DNA of 64,000 nucleotides from assembly GCA_023957015.1 (NCBI GenBank), contig JAMLHR010000010.1, positions 8,693-72,692 of the forward strand, written 5' to 3'. A program made the translations under genes and the position numbers. This stretch comes from Thermomicrobiales bacterium. Its GTDB lineage: Bacteria > Chloroflexota > Chloroflexia > Thermomicrobiales > UBA6265. The notes beneath the pieces were generated by a model, which saw nothing but the letters and a program-made list of their open reading frames with translations, was not told where the DNA came from and did not search any database. Positions 9,686 through 18,383 of the stretch are shown here, one piece after another; the first letter of the stretch is position 1; every line of letters begins with the position of its first letter.

Positions 9686-11968
9686 ATGCCCGACTACGGT
9701 CACGATCTTCGATTCGGTATCAATCTCGTTCCGGTGGCAAATCCGGTTCATAATATCGTTGCCCTGGCACAGATCGCTGATCAGGCGGGGCTGGACTACG
9801 TCACCTTCCAGGATCATCCTTACAACAACACATTTGTGGATGCCTTCTCGCTCATGACCTGGGTGGCGGCGCAGACGGAGCAGATCAGGGTTGCTGGCAA
9901 TGTGCTCAATCTGCCGCTGCGTCCGCCCGCAATGCTGGCGCGGTCGTCCGCGGCACTGCAGATACTCAGCAACGGACGCTACGAGCTTGGACTCGGCGCC
10001 GGCGCATTCTGGGACCCGATCGCCGCGATGGGCGGTCCCAGACGAACTCCGGGCGAGGCAACACGAGCACTTGAGGAAGCGATCGATCTCATCCGCCAGA
10101 TCTGGAACACCGAGCTCCGTGGCGGTGTCCGCTTCAGTGGCGAGTTCTACCAGGTCAGCGGGATGACGCGGGGACCCGAAATCCGGGCGGAAATCCCGAT
10201 CTGGCTGGGTGCGTACAAACCCAAAATGCTCAAGCTCCTCGGGCAGAAAGGCGATGGCTGGCTGCCAAGCATGGGTTACATGGAGGTCGAGGGCTTTGCC
10301 GATGGCAATGCCCGGATCGACGATGCCGCAGTCAATGCCGGTCGCCGACCGGAAGACATTCGCCGCATGTTCAATATCATGGGGTCGTTCCTGCGGGCAG
10401 ATCGCGGTTGGCTCAAGGGCACACCACAGATGTGGGCGGAGCAGCTGGCGGAACTCTCGCTGCGAGATGGTGTCAGCACCTACCTGCTCGGCACACAGGA
10501 TCCAGCCGATATCCAGACATTCGCCGAGGAAGTCGCGCCAGCAGTGCGCGAGATCGTCGCCAAGGCCCGCGGCGAGGAGCTGCCGATCGATCACCGCCGT
10601 CCCTCGCTGACCAGCTACACCAGGGAAACCGATGCGAGTCGCAGCGAGAGGATCGATTACGACGCCATTCCCGAATCGCTCAAAGCCGCCTCGGTCGCGC
10701 CGGATCAGCCAGGCTATGATCGCGTGCGTTCGACCTATATGCAGTCCGGCACACCGGGTCTGGTCCTGATGGCATCATCGGCGGAACAGGTCGCCGAAGG
10801 ACTGGAGTACGTCCAGAAACAGGACGTGTCCTTCAGTCTGCGCGCTGGCGGGCATGGTTCCGGTGGACTCAGCACCAACGATGGCGGCATCATCCTGGAT
10901 GTCAGCCGTATCAACGATATCTCCGTTATCGACGAAGAGACTCGCAGGATTCGGGTTGGGACGGGTGCGACCTGGGGGATGGTGGCCGAAGCGCTGGCTC
11001 CGCACGGCTGGGCGATGACGAGTGGTGATTTCCCGGATGTCGGCGTCGGTGGCATCGTCACCACCGGCGGTATCGGCTTGCTCGCACGCAAGTACGGACT
11101 GACCATCGACAACATGGTCGCCGCCGAGATCGTGCTTGCCGATGGCTCGTTCCATCGCGTCAGCGAAACCGAGAATCCGGAACTGTTCTGGGGTATTCGC
11201 GGAGCTGGCGGCAATCTCGGTGTGGTCACGCACGTCGAACTGACGGCGCTACCGGTCGAGAATGTCATCGTCGGTCAGTTCGTCTTCGATGCCAGTGATC
11301 TCACCGAGTTCCTGGTCAACTGGGGTGCCTACATGAAGGCCGCTCCACGGGAGTTGCAGGCGTTCGCCTACTACTCACCGCGACGTCGTGGCTCGGATGC
11401 CACCATGCAGACACTGATGGTTTGGTCGAACGACAACGCGGATGCTGCGGTGGCGGCGCTGAATCCCATCCTCGATATCGCGCCGGTGCTGCAACAGGGC
11501 GCGACCATCGTCCCCTACTCCGCCATCATGCAACCGGTGAACCAGGCACATTCCGGTCAGCAGACGTTACGCGCACGATCTGGTTTGTTGGATGAATTGA
11601 ATCGGGAGACCGCAGAAGCGATCAAGGCGTTGATGGAGGCTGGTCGTGTGCCGTGGGCGAACTTCCGCCACGTTGGTGGCGCGGTCAACGATGTCCCTGC
11701 CGATGCGACCGCCTACGCTCATCGCACGCAGGATGTTTGCTTCACCGCCTTCGATCTCTACCCGGATCGTCGCAATATCGATCCCGCCTGGCAGAAGTTC
11801 GCGCCATTCGTTCACGGTGACTACCTGAATCTGGAGACGGACACCAGCGAACGCACCGTTCGCGAGATCTATCCGACACCCACCTACGAGCGGATTCAGC
11901 GGCTGAAATCGCAATACGATCCCAAGAACGTGTTCAATCGCAACTTCAACATCCCGCCGGTGAAGTAA
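9686..11968 (+). CDS. Fusion protein: LLM-class (luciferase-like, probably F420-dependent) oxidoreductase + FAD-binding PCMH/BBE-type oxidase
   Basis: Single uninterrupted 760-aa ORF. Residues 1-~300 look like an LLM (FGINLVP...LDYVTFQDHP...YELGLGAGAF). Residues ~355-760 look like FAD_binding_4 (RAGGHGSGG, FWGIRGAGGNLGVVT) with a BBE-like C-terminus (YLNLE...RLKSQYDPKNVFNRNFNIPP). Confidence 0.8.
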   Translation: MPDYGHDLRFGINLVPVANPVHNIVALAQIADQAGLDYVTFQDHPYNNTFVDAFSLMTWVAAQTEQIRVAGNVLNLPLRPPAMLARSSAALQILSNGRYELGLGAGAFWDPIAAMGGPRRTPGEATRALEEAIDLIRQIWNTELRGGVRFSGEFYQVSGMTRGPEIRAEIPIWLGAYKPKMLKLLGQKGDGWLPSMGYMEVEGFADGNARIDDAAVNAGRRPEDIRRMFNIMGSFLRADRGWLKGTPQMWAEQLAELSLRDGVSTYLLGTQDPADIQTFAEEVAPAVREIVAKARGEELPIDHRRPSLTSYTRETDASRSERIDYDAIPESLKAASVAPDQPGYDRVRSTYMQSGTPGLVLMASSAEQVAEGLEYVQKQDVSFSLRAGGHGSGGLSTNDGGIILDVSRINDISVIDEETRRIRVGTGATWGMVAEALAPHGWAMTSGDFPDVGVGGIVTTGGIGLLARKYGLTIDNMVAAEIVLADGSFHRVSETENPELFWGIRGAGGNLGVVTHVELTALPVENVIVGQFVFDASDLTEFLVNWGAYMKAAPRELQAFAYYSPRRRGSDATMQTLMVWSNDNADAAVAALNPILDIAPVLQQGATIVPYSAIMQPVNQAHSGQQTLRARSGLLDELNRETAEAIKALMEAGRVPWANFRHVGGAVNDVPADATAYAHRTQDVCFTAFDLYPDRRNIDPAWQKFAPFVHGDYLNLETDTSERTVREIYPTPTYERIQRLKSQYDPKNVFNRNFNIPPVK

Positions 11969-12070
11969 CGCGGTTTGTTGGCTGCAACCCTGTGCGTACC
12001 CATGGTTTTCGGGATATGTTAGCCAGATAACAATGGAGATATCCGTACGTAATCGGGGATAGGGAAAGAC

Positions 12071-12784
12071 ATGCCGATCGTTTCAGCTCCGGGCGGACCA
12101 AAAATCCTGGTGACCGCCGCACATCCGGACGATATCGAAGCCACCTGCGCCGGAACGCTCATGCTCGCGATCGCGCAAGGTGCTCGGGTGAGGCTGTTGC
12201 TGGCAACCTCGGGAGACAAAGGTTCCAGCGATCCGGCCATAGACCCCGTGGCATTGGCGGCACAGCGAGAGTCTGAAGCGCAGAATGCCGCAAGTATCCT
12301 CGGTATCGAGGCCGTGGAGTTTCTCCGATACCCAGATGGCGAACTCGAGAACACCCGCGAGCTCCGTGGTCATATCGTGCGGGCCATCCGCGAGTGGCAA
12401 CCCGATGTGGTGTTCACCTTCGATCCCGAACATGCCCTGCCGCCTTATCTATCCCATCGGGATCATCGAGTGATCGGTCGCGCCACACTGGATGCGGTCT
12501 ATCCCCTGTCGCGCGATCACCTTAGTTTTCCGGAGCTTATCAGCAAGACACTAACACCGCACAAGGTCGCCGAAGTGTGGCTGTACTACAGCGGGATCGC
12601 CGATAGCTGGGTAGATATCAGCTCCGTCATGGATCGCAAGATTGACGCGCGTCTCGCGCACGCCTGTCAGACGCCGGACCCGGCACTGTTGAGAACCGCC
12701 TGGTTCGAACGCGCGCGCATTGCTGGCGAAGCGGGAGGATTGCCGATGGCTGAGGCCTTCACCATTATCCAGGCGCTGGCGTAG
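12071..12784 (+). CDS. PIG-L/LmbE family deacetylase
   Basis: 237 aa. ILVTAAHPDDIEATCAGT and HRDHR motifs. Confidence 0.8.
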   Translation: MPIVSAPGGPKILVTAAHPDDIEATCAGTLMLAIAQGARVRLLLATSGDKGSSDPAIDPVALAAQRESEAQNAASILGIEAVEFLRYPDGELENTRELRGHIVRAIREWQPDVVFTFDPEHALPPYLSHRDHRVIGRATLDAVYPLSRDHLSFPELISKTLTPHKVAEVWLYYSGIADSWVDISSVMDRKIDARLAHACQTPDPALLRTAWFERARIAGEAGGLPMAEAFTIIQALA

Positions 12785-12888
12785 GCGCGATCTCACGAAG
12801 ATTTCCTGACAGTCAGGAACCGATTGGCACCATACGATTGAGCGAAATCTCATCCGCATCCAACACCGTGTACGAAAGGTAGATACCA

Positions 12889-14589
12889 ATGTCCCCAATC
12901 CCCTCCGATCTCGAGATCGCGCAATCCGCCACCATGCTGCCCATGAACGATGTGGCGGCGCAACTCGGTATCGCCCCGGAGTATCTCCTCCCCTACGGTC
13001 GTAACATCGCCAAGGTGGATCCTGCCGTCGTTGAGACGATGGGCGATCGCGAACCCGGCAAGTACATCGTCGTTACCGCGATCACACCGACACCGCTCGG
13101 CGAGGGCAAGACGACGACCGCCGTTGGTTTAGCCCAGGGTCTGAAGCATGTCGGCAAAACCAGTGTGCTCACGCTCAGGCAGCCGAGCATGGGACCAACC
13201 TTCGGTATTAAAGGCGGAGCCGCCGGTGCTGGCTACAGCCAGGTGCTACCTATGGAGCAGCTCAACCTGCACTTAACCGGCGACTTTCACGCTGTCACCG
13301 CTGCCCACAACCTGCTGGCGGCGATGATCGATAACCACCTCCACCACGGCAATGCGCTCGATCTGGATATCGATGCGATCCAGTGGCGACGCGTGCTTGA
13401 TGTCAATGATCGTTCGCTCCGCGATATCGTTATCGGTCTTGGTGGCAAGGCCGATGGTGTGACACGCCAGACAGGCTTCGATATCACTGCCGCCAGCGAG
13501 GTCATGACGACACTCGCACTCGCGACCAGTCTGGAGGATTTGCGCGAACGGCTGGGACGGATCGTCATCGGTCGCAATCGAAGTGGGAAGTTCGTCACCG
13601 CCGAAGATCTCCAGGCAGCTGGCGCGATGACGGTCATCCTACGCGATGCCATCTGGCCCAACCTGCTTCAGACGACCGAGAACACACCGGTGCTCATTCA
13701 TTGCGGACCGTTCGGGAATATCGCCACCGGCAATAGCAGCATCATCGCCGATCAGGTCGGACTGCGCACCGCCGAGTACGTGATCACCGAGGCGGGTTTC
13801 GGTGCCGATATGGGTGCCGAGCGCTTCTTCAACATCAAGTGCCGCGTCGGGAATGCCCGTCCGGCGGCGGCTGTGCTGGTGGTCACCGTGCGGGCGCTGA
13901 AGGCGCACAGCGGTCGCTTTAAGATCACACCGGGCAAACCGCTTCCACCGGAACTACTGGCCGAGAACGCGGACGATGTCCGCGCCGGTGCCGATAACCT
14001 GCGCAAGCATATTCAGATCGTACAGGGATTCGGTGTGCAACCGGTTGTCGCGATCAATGCCTTCCCCACCGATCACGCCAGCGAGCATGAAGCGATCCGT
14101 GAGATCGCCGAAGCGATGGGTGTGCGCGTGGCCGTCAGCACGCATGTTGTCGATGGCGGTCCCGGTGCGGCTGATCTGGCGCGAGAGGTTATCGCTGCGG
14201 CAGAGGAAGAGACGAACTTCCAGTACACCTATGAGCTGGAGATGTCGCTGAAAGACAAGATCGCCGCGGTCGCGACCAAGGTGTACGGCGCGGCGGATGT
14301 CTCCTACGCGCCGCTGGCGGCAAAGAATCTGAAGGCGTTTGAGGATGCCGGATATGGCAGTCTGCCAGTGGTGATCGCCAAGACGCACCTCAGTGTCAGC
14401 AGCGATCCGAAGCTGAAGGGTGCGCCAACTGGCTGGACGCTGCCAGTGCGCGAGGTGCGACTTGCTGCGGGTGCAGGCTACGTCTACGCCATCGCGGGCG
14501 ATATGACGACCATGCCAGGGCTGGGTAACTCTCCTGCCGCCGAGCGAATCGATATCACTGAGGATGGCAAGGTGGTGGGTCTTTTTTAG
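12889..14589 (+). CDS. fhs: Formate--tetrahydrofolate ligase
   Basis: 566 aa. PTPLGEGKTTTAVGL P-loop and family-wide conservation throughout. GAAAGG lies upstream. Confidence 0.97.
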   Translation: MSPIPSDLEIAQSATMLPMNDVAAQLGIAPEYLLPYGRNIAKVDPAVVETMGDREPGKYIVVTAITPTPLGEGKTTTAVGLAQGLKHVGKTSVLTLRQPSMGPTFGIKGGAAGAGYSQVLPMEQLNLHLTGDFHAVTAAHNLLAAMIDNHLHHGNALDLDIDAIQWRRVLDVNDRSLRDIVIGLGGKADGVTRQTGFDITAASEVMTTLALATSLEDLRERLGRIVIGRNRSGKFVTAEDLQAAGAMTVILRDAIWPNLLQTTENTPVLIHCGPFGNIATGNSSIIADQVGLRTAEYVITEAGFGADMGAERFFNIKCRVGNARPAAAVLVVTVRALKAHSGRFKITPGKPLPPELLAENADDVRAGADNLRKHIQIVQGFGVQPVVAINAFPTDHASEHEAIREIAEAMGVRVAVSTHVVDGGPGAADLAREVIAAAEEETNFQYTYELEMSLKDKIAAVATKVYGAADVSYAPLAAKNLKAFEDAGYGSLPVVIAKTHLSVSSDPKLKGAPTGWTLPVREVRLAAGAGYVYAIAGDMTTMPGLGNSPAAERIDITEDGKVVGLF

Positions 14590-14604
14590 GGGTAGTAGAT
14601 GTAG

Positions 14605-14674
14605 CCCCGGACCGATCGGTCGCGTTGTAGAGGATAACTGTGAACAACCAATCGCGACCGTGAGTGGTCCGGGG
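14605..14674 (+). repeat. H1 hairpin repeat, copy A (two stems separated by a conserved asymmetric internal loop GATC / GTGAGT)
   Basis: CCCCGGACC-GATC-GGTCGCG-[28 nt]-CGCGACC-GTGAGT-GGTCCGGGG. Related copies lie at 32305-32373 and, inverted, at 32472-32542. Confidence 0.65.
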
Positions 14675-14687
14675 TATGTCCGGTGGC

Positions 14688-14786
14688 GCCAAGATGACCG
14701 GGCTGCCGCACCTCCGGGTGATGGCGGTCAACATGCCCCAACCTGACCGACCATGGGGCGGGAGCCGGGAGGTCGGTCATCTTGGC
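14688..14786 (+). repeat. M2 structured repeat, copy 1
   Basis: Closed by a perfect 13-bp stem GCCAAGATGACCG...CGGTCATCTTGGC. Has internal hairpins and a conserved GGTCAACATG centre. A direct repeat of it lies at 15422-15510. Confidence 0.6.
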
Positions 14787-14808
14787 AGAGGAGTCGATCA
14801 GAAGACCT

Positions 14809-15411
14809 ATGGATGTGACTCCCACTATCTACGACCGCGAGGTCCTGGAGAAACTCTTCAACGGCAGCGCTAAAGGTCGGAGACACGTCCATTTCTTCGC
14901 CGCGATCCCAGATGATCTCATTCCGCACTTGCCCGGATTCTGGTGGGATCAACGTAAACTCTTCGCTCTGGACTTGGAGAAGGAAATACTTTCCACCAGT
15001 GAACTCGACTATCTTCTTGATGTCCCGATCTGGCGAGCAACAGCGCAATCATCCCTCTTTGCTGTGAGAGGGAGAGACATCCTAATGAATCCTAAAAGGT
15101 ACCCCGATCACTGGAGAAGGATTCAGGCTGCTGATATCTCGTATCCCATCATTCTCTACAAGAGAGACGGATACATTCTCCTTCTTGATGGATACCATCG
15201 ACTCCTTAAACCAATATATGAAGGTCACTCTCATATTCATGCTTCATTCATTGCGTATGAGCGTATTGATGGCATTCTCATCACCGAAAGGTTCCTCGGA
15301 GAACTCAATACTGCGTCTCGCGATGATCCGGAGTTCATCGTCCACGCCCGGGAGGTTGCTCGCGATCTCCTCGTGTCAGAAAAGGTAGATCAGTATCCGG
15401 CCTGGACGTAG
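14809..15411 (+). CDS. ParB/sulfiredoxin-fold domain protein (DGYHR motif), otherwise uncharacterised
   Basis: Visibly more AT-rich ORF. PIILYKRDGYILLLDGYHRLLKP (DGYHR at 15187-15201) matches the ParB N-terminal/Srx-fold core motif. The N-terminal ~120 aa is unrecognised. The track starts at TTG 14782; I prefer ATG 14809. Confidence 0.6.
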   Translation: MDVTPTIYDREVLEKLFNGSAKGRRHVHFFAAIPDDLIPHLPGFWWDQRKLFALDLEKEILSTSELDYLLDVPIWRATAQSSLFAVRGRDILMNPKRYPDHWRRIQAADISYPIILYKRDGYILLLDGYHRLLKPIYEGHSHIHASFIAYERIDGILITERFLGELNTASRDDPEFIVHAREVARDLLVSEKVDQYPAWT

Positions 15412-15421
15412 TTGACCCCAC

Positions 15422-15510
15422 GCCAAGATGACCGGGGTGCCAACCCCCTGGGGGTGGGTGGTCAACATGACCGGCATCGGCCGGGGGCGTGGAAGGTCGG
15501 TTACCTTGGC
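15422..15510 (+). repeat. M2 structured repeat, copy 2
   Basis: Same 5' arm GCCAAGATGACCG. The 3' arm CGGTTACCTTGGC gives one G-U and one A-C. The GGTCAACATG centre is conserved, and the internal hairpins differ in sequence but still pair. Confidence 0.6.
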
Positions 15511-15632
15511 TGAGAAGCCATATTGTAGGCTCGGGTCGACCGCCGCTTGCGGCGTAAGTCTTCCCGGGAACCGCCCGCAGGCGGCATGATGCGAATGCGG
15601 CGACGGAACCTGTGTTATGCCCAAACACCATT

Positions 15633-15651
15633 GTCACCCACGAGGGGTGAC
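15633..15651 (-). terminator. Hairpin immediately downstream of the tsaC stop
   Basis: GTCACCC-ACGAG-GGGTGAC lies 1-2 nt after the stop codon (15653-15655, minus strand). No strong U-tract. Confidence 0.4.
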
Positions 15652-15652
15652 G

Positions 15653-16282
15653 CTACCTGCTGGCCGTTCCCCACGCTGACCGGAGCTCATCCGCGCTGAT
15701 CGCACCCTCGCGCAGCACCACAATCTCCCCATCAACCACACGAATGACCGTGCTGGGGTTCTCTTGCGGTGAGAAGCCGCCATCCAATACCAGATCAAGC
15801 TTGCTGCCAAATGAATCCTTGATCTCGGCAGCGGAGAGAGCTGCCGCCTGACCGGAGAGATTGGCACTGGTGGTGGCGACTGCACCACCGAGGCGTTCGG
15901 CGATGGTGAGCGGGATGGAATGGTTCGGAAGACGCACACCGATGGTGTTGTCCGGGGCCTTCACCTCGGCGGGAAGATGATCCGCGGCTGGAAGCACAAC
16001 GGTCAATGCCCCCGGCCAGAATCGCTGCGCGAGATCGATCAAGCGCTCATCGACATCCGGACTGAGATCATCGATCACTTCCGCTCGCGCGATCAGGATC
16101 GGCAGCGGCTTATCTGGCTGCCGACCCTTGAGATCGTAGATACGCTGTAGCGCCGCCGGATGCTCCAGGCTGGCACCGATGCCGTAGACGGTATCGGTGG
16201 GGAACGCGACTATGCCACCGCGACTCATGGTGATGATCGCCTCTTCGAGCGCGCGTCCTTCCTCAAGACTCAGATACGACAT
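15653..16282 (-). CDS. tsaC: L-threonylcarbamoyladenylate synthase (YrdC/Sua5 domain)
   Basis: GGIVAFPTDTVYGIGA, KGRQPDKPLPILI and TSANLSG motifs. The preferred start is MSYLSLEE at 16282 (track ORF reaches 16312). Overlaps the uvrC 3' end by 20 nt. Confidence 0.85.
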   Translation of the reverse strand: MSYLSLEEGRALEEAIITMSRGGIVAFPTDTVYGIGASLEHPAALQRIYDLKGRQPDKPLPILIARAEVIDDLSPDVDERLIDLAQRFWPGALTVVLPAADHLPAEVKAPDNTIGVRLPNHSIPLTIAERLGGAVATTSANLSGQAAALSAAEIKDSFGSKLDLVLDGGFSPQENPSTVIRVVDGEIVVLREGAISADELRSAWGTASR

Positions 16283-18152
16283 CTGCCTGCTCCTTTGTCT
16301 GAGACGTATCACCGATCGCGGATTTCAACGCCAACGCCACACTCTGGTTAATACCATCGACGGCCGTAATCTCATCGATCGTCGCCGCTCGCATCGCCTT
16401 GATCGAACCGAAGTGCTTCATCAGCGCCTTCTTGCGAGTCGGCCCGACGCCCGGGATGTCATCCAGCTGGCTCTTAAACGCGTTCTTCCGCCGTGTATTG
16501 CGATGATAGGTGATCGCGAAGCGATGCGCCTCGTCCCGGATACGTTGCACCAGGAAGAGCGCCTGCGAATCGCGCGGCAGCAGAATGGAATCCGGTCGAC
16601 CGGGCAGGAAGATCTCCTCCTGCTCCTTGGCGAGACCGCAAATCGGCACCTCCATGCCGATTTCCTCCAGCGCTTCCAGGGCTGCGCTCAGCTGCCCCTT
16701 GCCACCGTCGATGATTACCAGATCGGGGAGCGTCGTCCACTTACCCTCGGTCTCCTCATCCGCCTCTTTGGCGCGACGGAAACGGCGACCGATGACCTCC
16801 TTCATGCTGGCGAAGTCATCCGCCCCAACCACCGTCTTGATACTGAAACGGCGGTATTCCTTCTTCGCCGGACGACCATCCTCGAAGACGACCATACTCG
16901 CGACCGGCGAGGTGCCCTGGATATTGGAGTTATCGAAACACTCGATCCGTCGCGGCATTCGCGGCAGGTCCAGCGCCTCCGCCAACTCGGTCATGGCGGC
17001 GGTCATCTTCATCTCGTCGCTCAGGTGCTTGATCCGCGCCTGTTCCAGATTCTCGGCGGCACTCTTGGCGACCATCCGCACCAGGCCCAGCTGATTGCCT
17101 CGCTGGGGTACGTGGATGCTCACCTTACCGCCCCGCTTGGCGGTGAGCCACTCCTCGATCATCATCGCCTCTTCGGGGAGCATGGCGTATTGCATCACCA
17201 ACCGTGGCGGCACCAGGGCAGCATCCTCGTAGAACTGGGTGACAAACGCCTGCAGAATATCGCTCTCGCTATCTTCCACCCGCGCCTGCATTGGGAAGAA
17301 CTCGGAACCAATCATCTTGCCGTGGCGGAGGAAACTGATCTGGACACCAGCATCGCCGCCCTCGCCCTTACTGACACCGATGATATCGGCGCTGGAGCCG
17401 GTATCGATGACGATCTTCTGTCGCTCCAGCACGTGGTTCACGGCCTGGAGGCGATCCCGCAGCTCCGCTGCTCGCTCGAAGTTCAGATCTTCGGCGGCCG
17501 CGATCATCTCGTGTTCGATATCCTTGACGATCTCGTCGCCCTTGCCACTGAGGAACTTGGCGGTGGCGTCGATCGCCTTCATGTACTCCTCGTGGCTGAC
17601 GGCGCCGATACAGGGTGCGGTGCACTGGTGCATATGGAAGTAGAGACAGACCTCATCATGTCCGGTAATCTTCTTGTCGCATTTGCGGTATGGGAAGAGC
17701 CGATTGAGCAGATTGATCGTCTTGTAGGCGGCACCGGCGCTGGTGTACGGTCCGAAATACTGACTGCCATCCTGCACCACCAGGCGCGTGCTGATCACGC
17801 GCGGCCATTCCTCATTAGTGATACGGATATATGGATAGGTCTTACTATCCTTCAGCATGATGTTGTACTTGGGTAAGTACTTCTTGATGAGGTTGTTCTC
17901 GAGAATGAGTGCCTCGGTGGCGGTATCGGTGCGAATCACCTCGAAGTCGGTGATGTGGCTCACTAGCTCCCGGGTTTTAGGATCCTTGTGTCGTTGGTTC
18001 TGAAAGTAGGATCGCACCCGATTGCGCAGGCTGATCGCCTTACCCACATAGAGGACGTTCCCATCGGCGTCTTTCATCAGATAGACGCCCGGTCGCGTGG
18101 CAAGTGAGGCGAGGCGGGAACTGAAATCGGGGCGGGAATTCTTCGTCGTCAT
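16263..18152 (-). CDS. uvrC: Excinuclease ABC subunit C
   Basis: 629 aa. GIY-YIG N-terminus (PGVYLMKD...VLYVGKA), UVR domain, and a C-terminal HhH pair. Confidence 0.97.
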   Translation of the reverse strand: MTTKNSRPDFSSRLASLATRPGVYLMKDADGNVLYVGKAISLRNRVRSYFQNQRHKDPKTRELVSHITDFEVIRTDTATEALILENNLIKKYLPKYNIMLKDSKTYPYIRITNEEWPRVISTRLVVQDGSQYFGPYTSAGAAYKTINLLNRLFPYRKCDKKITGHDEVCLYFHMHQCTAPCIGAVSHEEYMKAIDATAKFLSGKGDEIVKDIEHEMIAAAEDLNFERAAELRDRLQAVNHVLERQKIVIDTGSSADIIGVSKGEGGDAGVQISFLRHGKMIGSEFFPMQARVEDSESDILQAFVTQFYEDAALVPPRLVMQYAMLPEEAMMIEEWLTAKRGGKVSIHVPQRGNQLGLVRMVAKSAAENLEQARIKHLSDEMKMTAAMTELAEALDLPRMPRRIECFDNSNIQGTSPVASMVVFEDGRPAKKEYRRFSIKTVVGADDFASMKEVIGRRFRRAKEADEETEGKWTTLPDLVIIDGGKGQLSAALEALEEIGMEVPICGLAKEQEEIFLPGRPDSILLPRDSQALFLVQRIRDEAHRFAITYHRNTRRKNAFKSQLDDIPGVGPTRKKALMKHFGSIKAMRAATIDEITAVDGINQSVALALKSAIGDTSQTKEQADVVSES

Positions 18153-18383
18153 GCCGGAATTATATCAGAACGGATGTTCCCGTTGATTTTGCTTCGTCCA
18201 GATCTTTGGCGACTCAAGCCGCTGAATCGAGCCTAATGGGACAAACTGGGACTATTTAGAGGCAGCATCCTGTGATATACATCAAAGAGCCTGGGGGACA
18301 AATAGTAGCCATTGGCGATCCATAACTCTGGTTTGGACCAAGGGGATGATCGTCGGATCTCTAAAGCAATGCGGAGGTGAGCA

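Noticed and set aside
9467-10594. 375-aa minus-strand ORF
   Set aside because: It is antisense to the LLM domain of the 760-aa fusion gene and runs through the mutS promoter region. No recognisable family.
12785-12888. ZTP (pfl) or THF riboswitch upstream of fhs
   Set aside because: fhs is a known ZTP-riboswitch target. The ~100-nt leader shows neither the conserved GGGUCGUGAC...CCGGGCG pseudoknot half nor the CCGCCUGGGC 3' hairpin. I see only a small hairpin, TTCCTGA-CAG-TCAGGAA.
14605-14674. Kink-turn motif in the H1 internal loop
   Set aside because: After maximal pairing, the GATC/GTGAGT loop cannot be arranged as a 3-nt bulge followed by tandem sheared G-A/A-G pairs.
14688-15510. Integron-type gene cassette (ORF flanked by attC-like sites)
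   Set aside because: The layout (one ORF between two similar imperfect palindromes) is reminiscent of a cassette. However, the M2 ends lack the R''/R' core pairs (RYYYAAC ... GTTRRRY), there is no integrase or attI nearby, and only one ORF is involved.
16197-17876. 559-aa plus-strand ORF
   Set aside because: Antisense shadow of uvrC.
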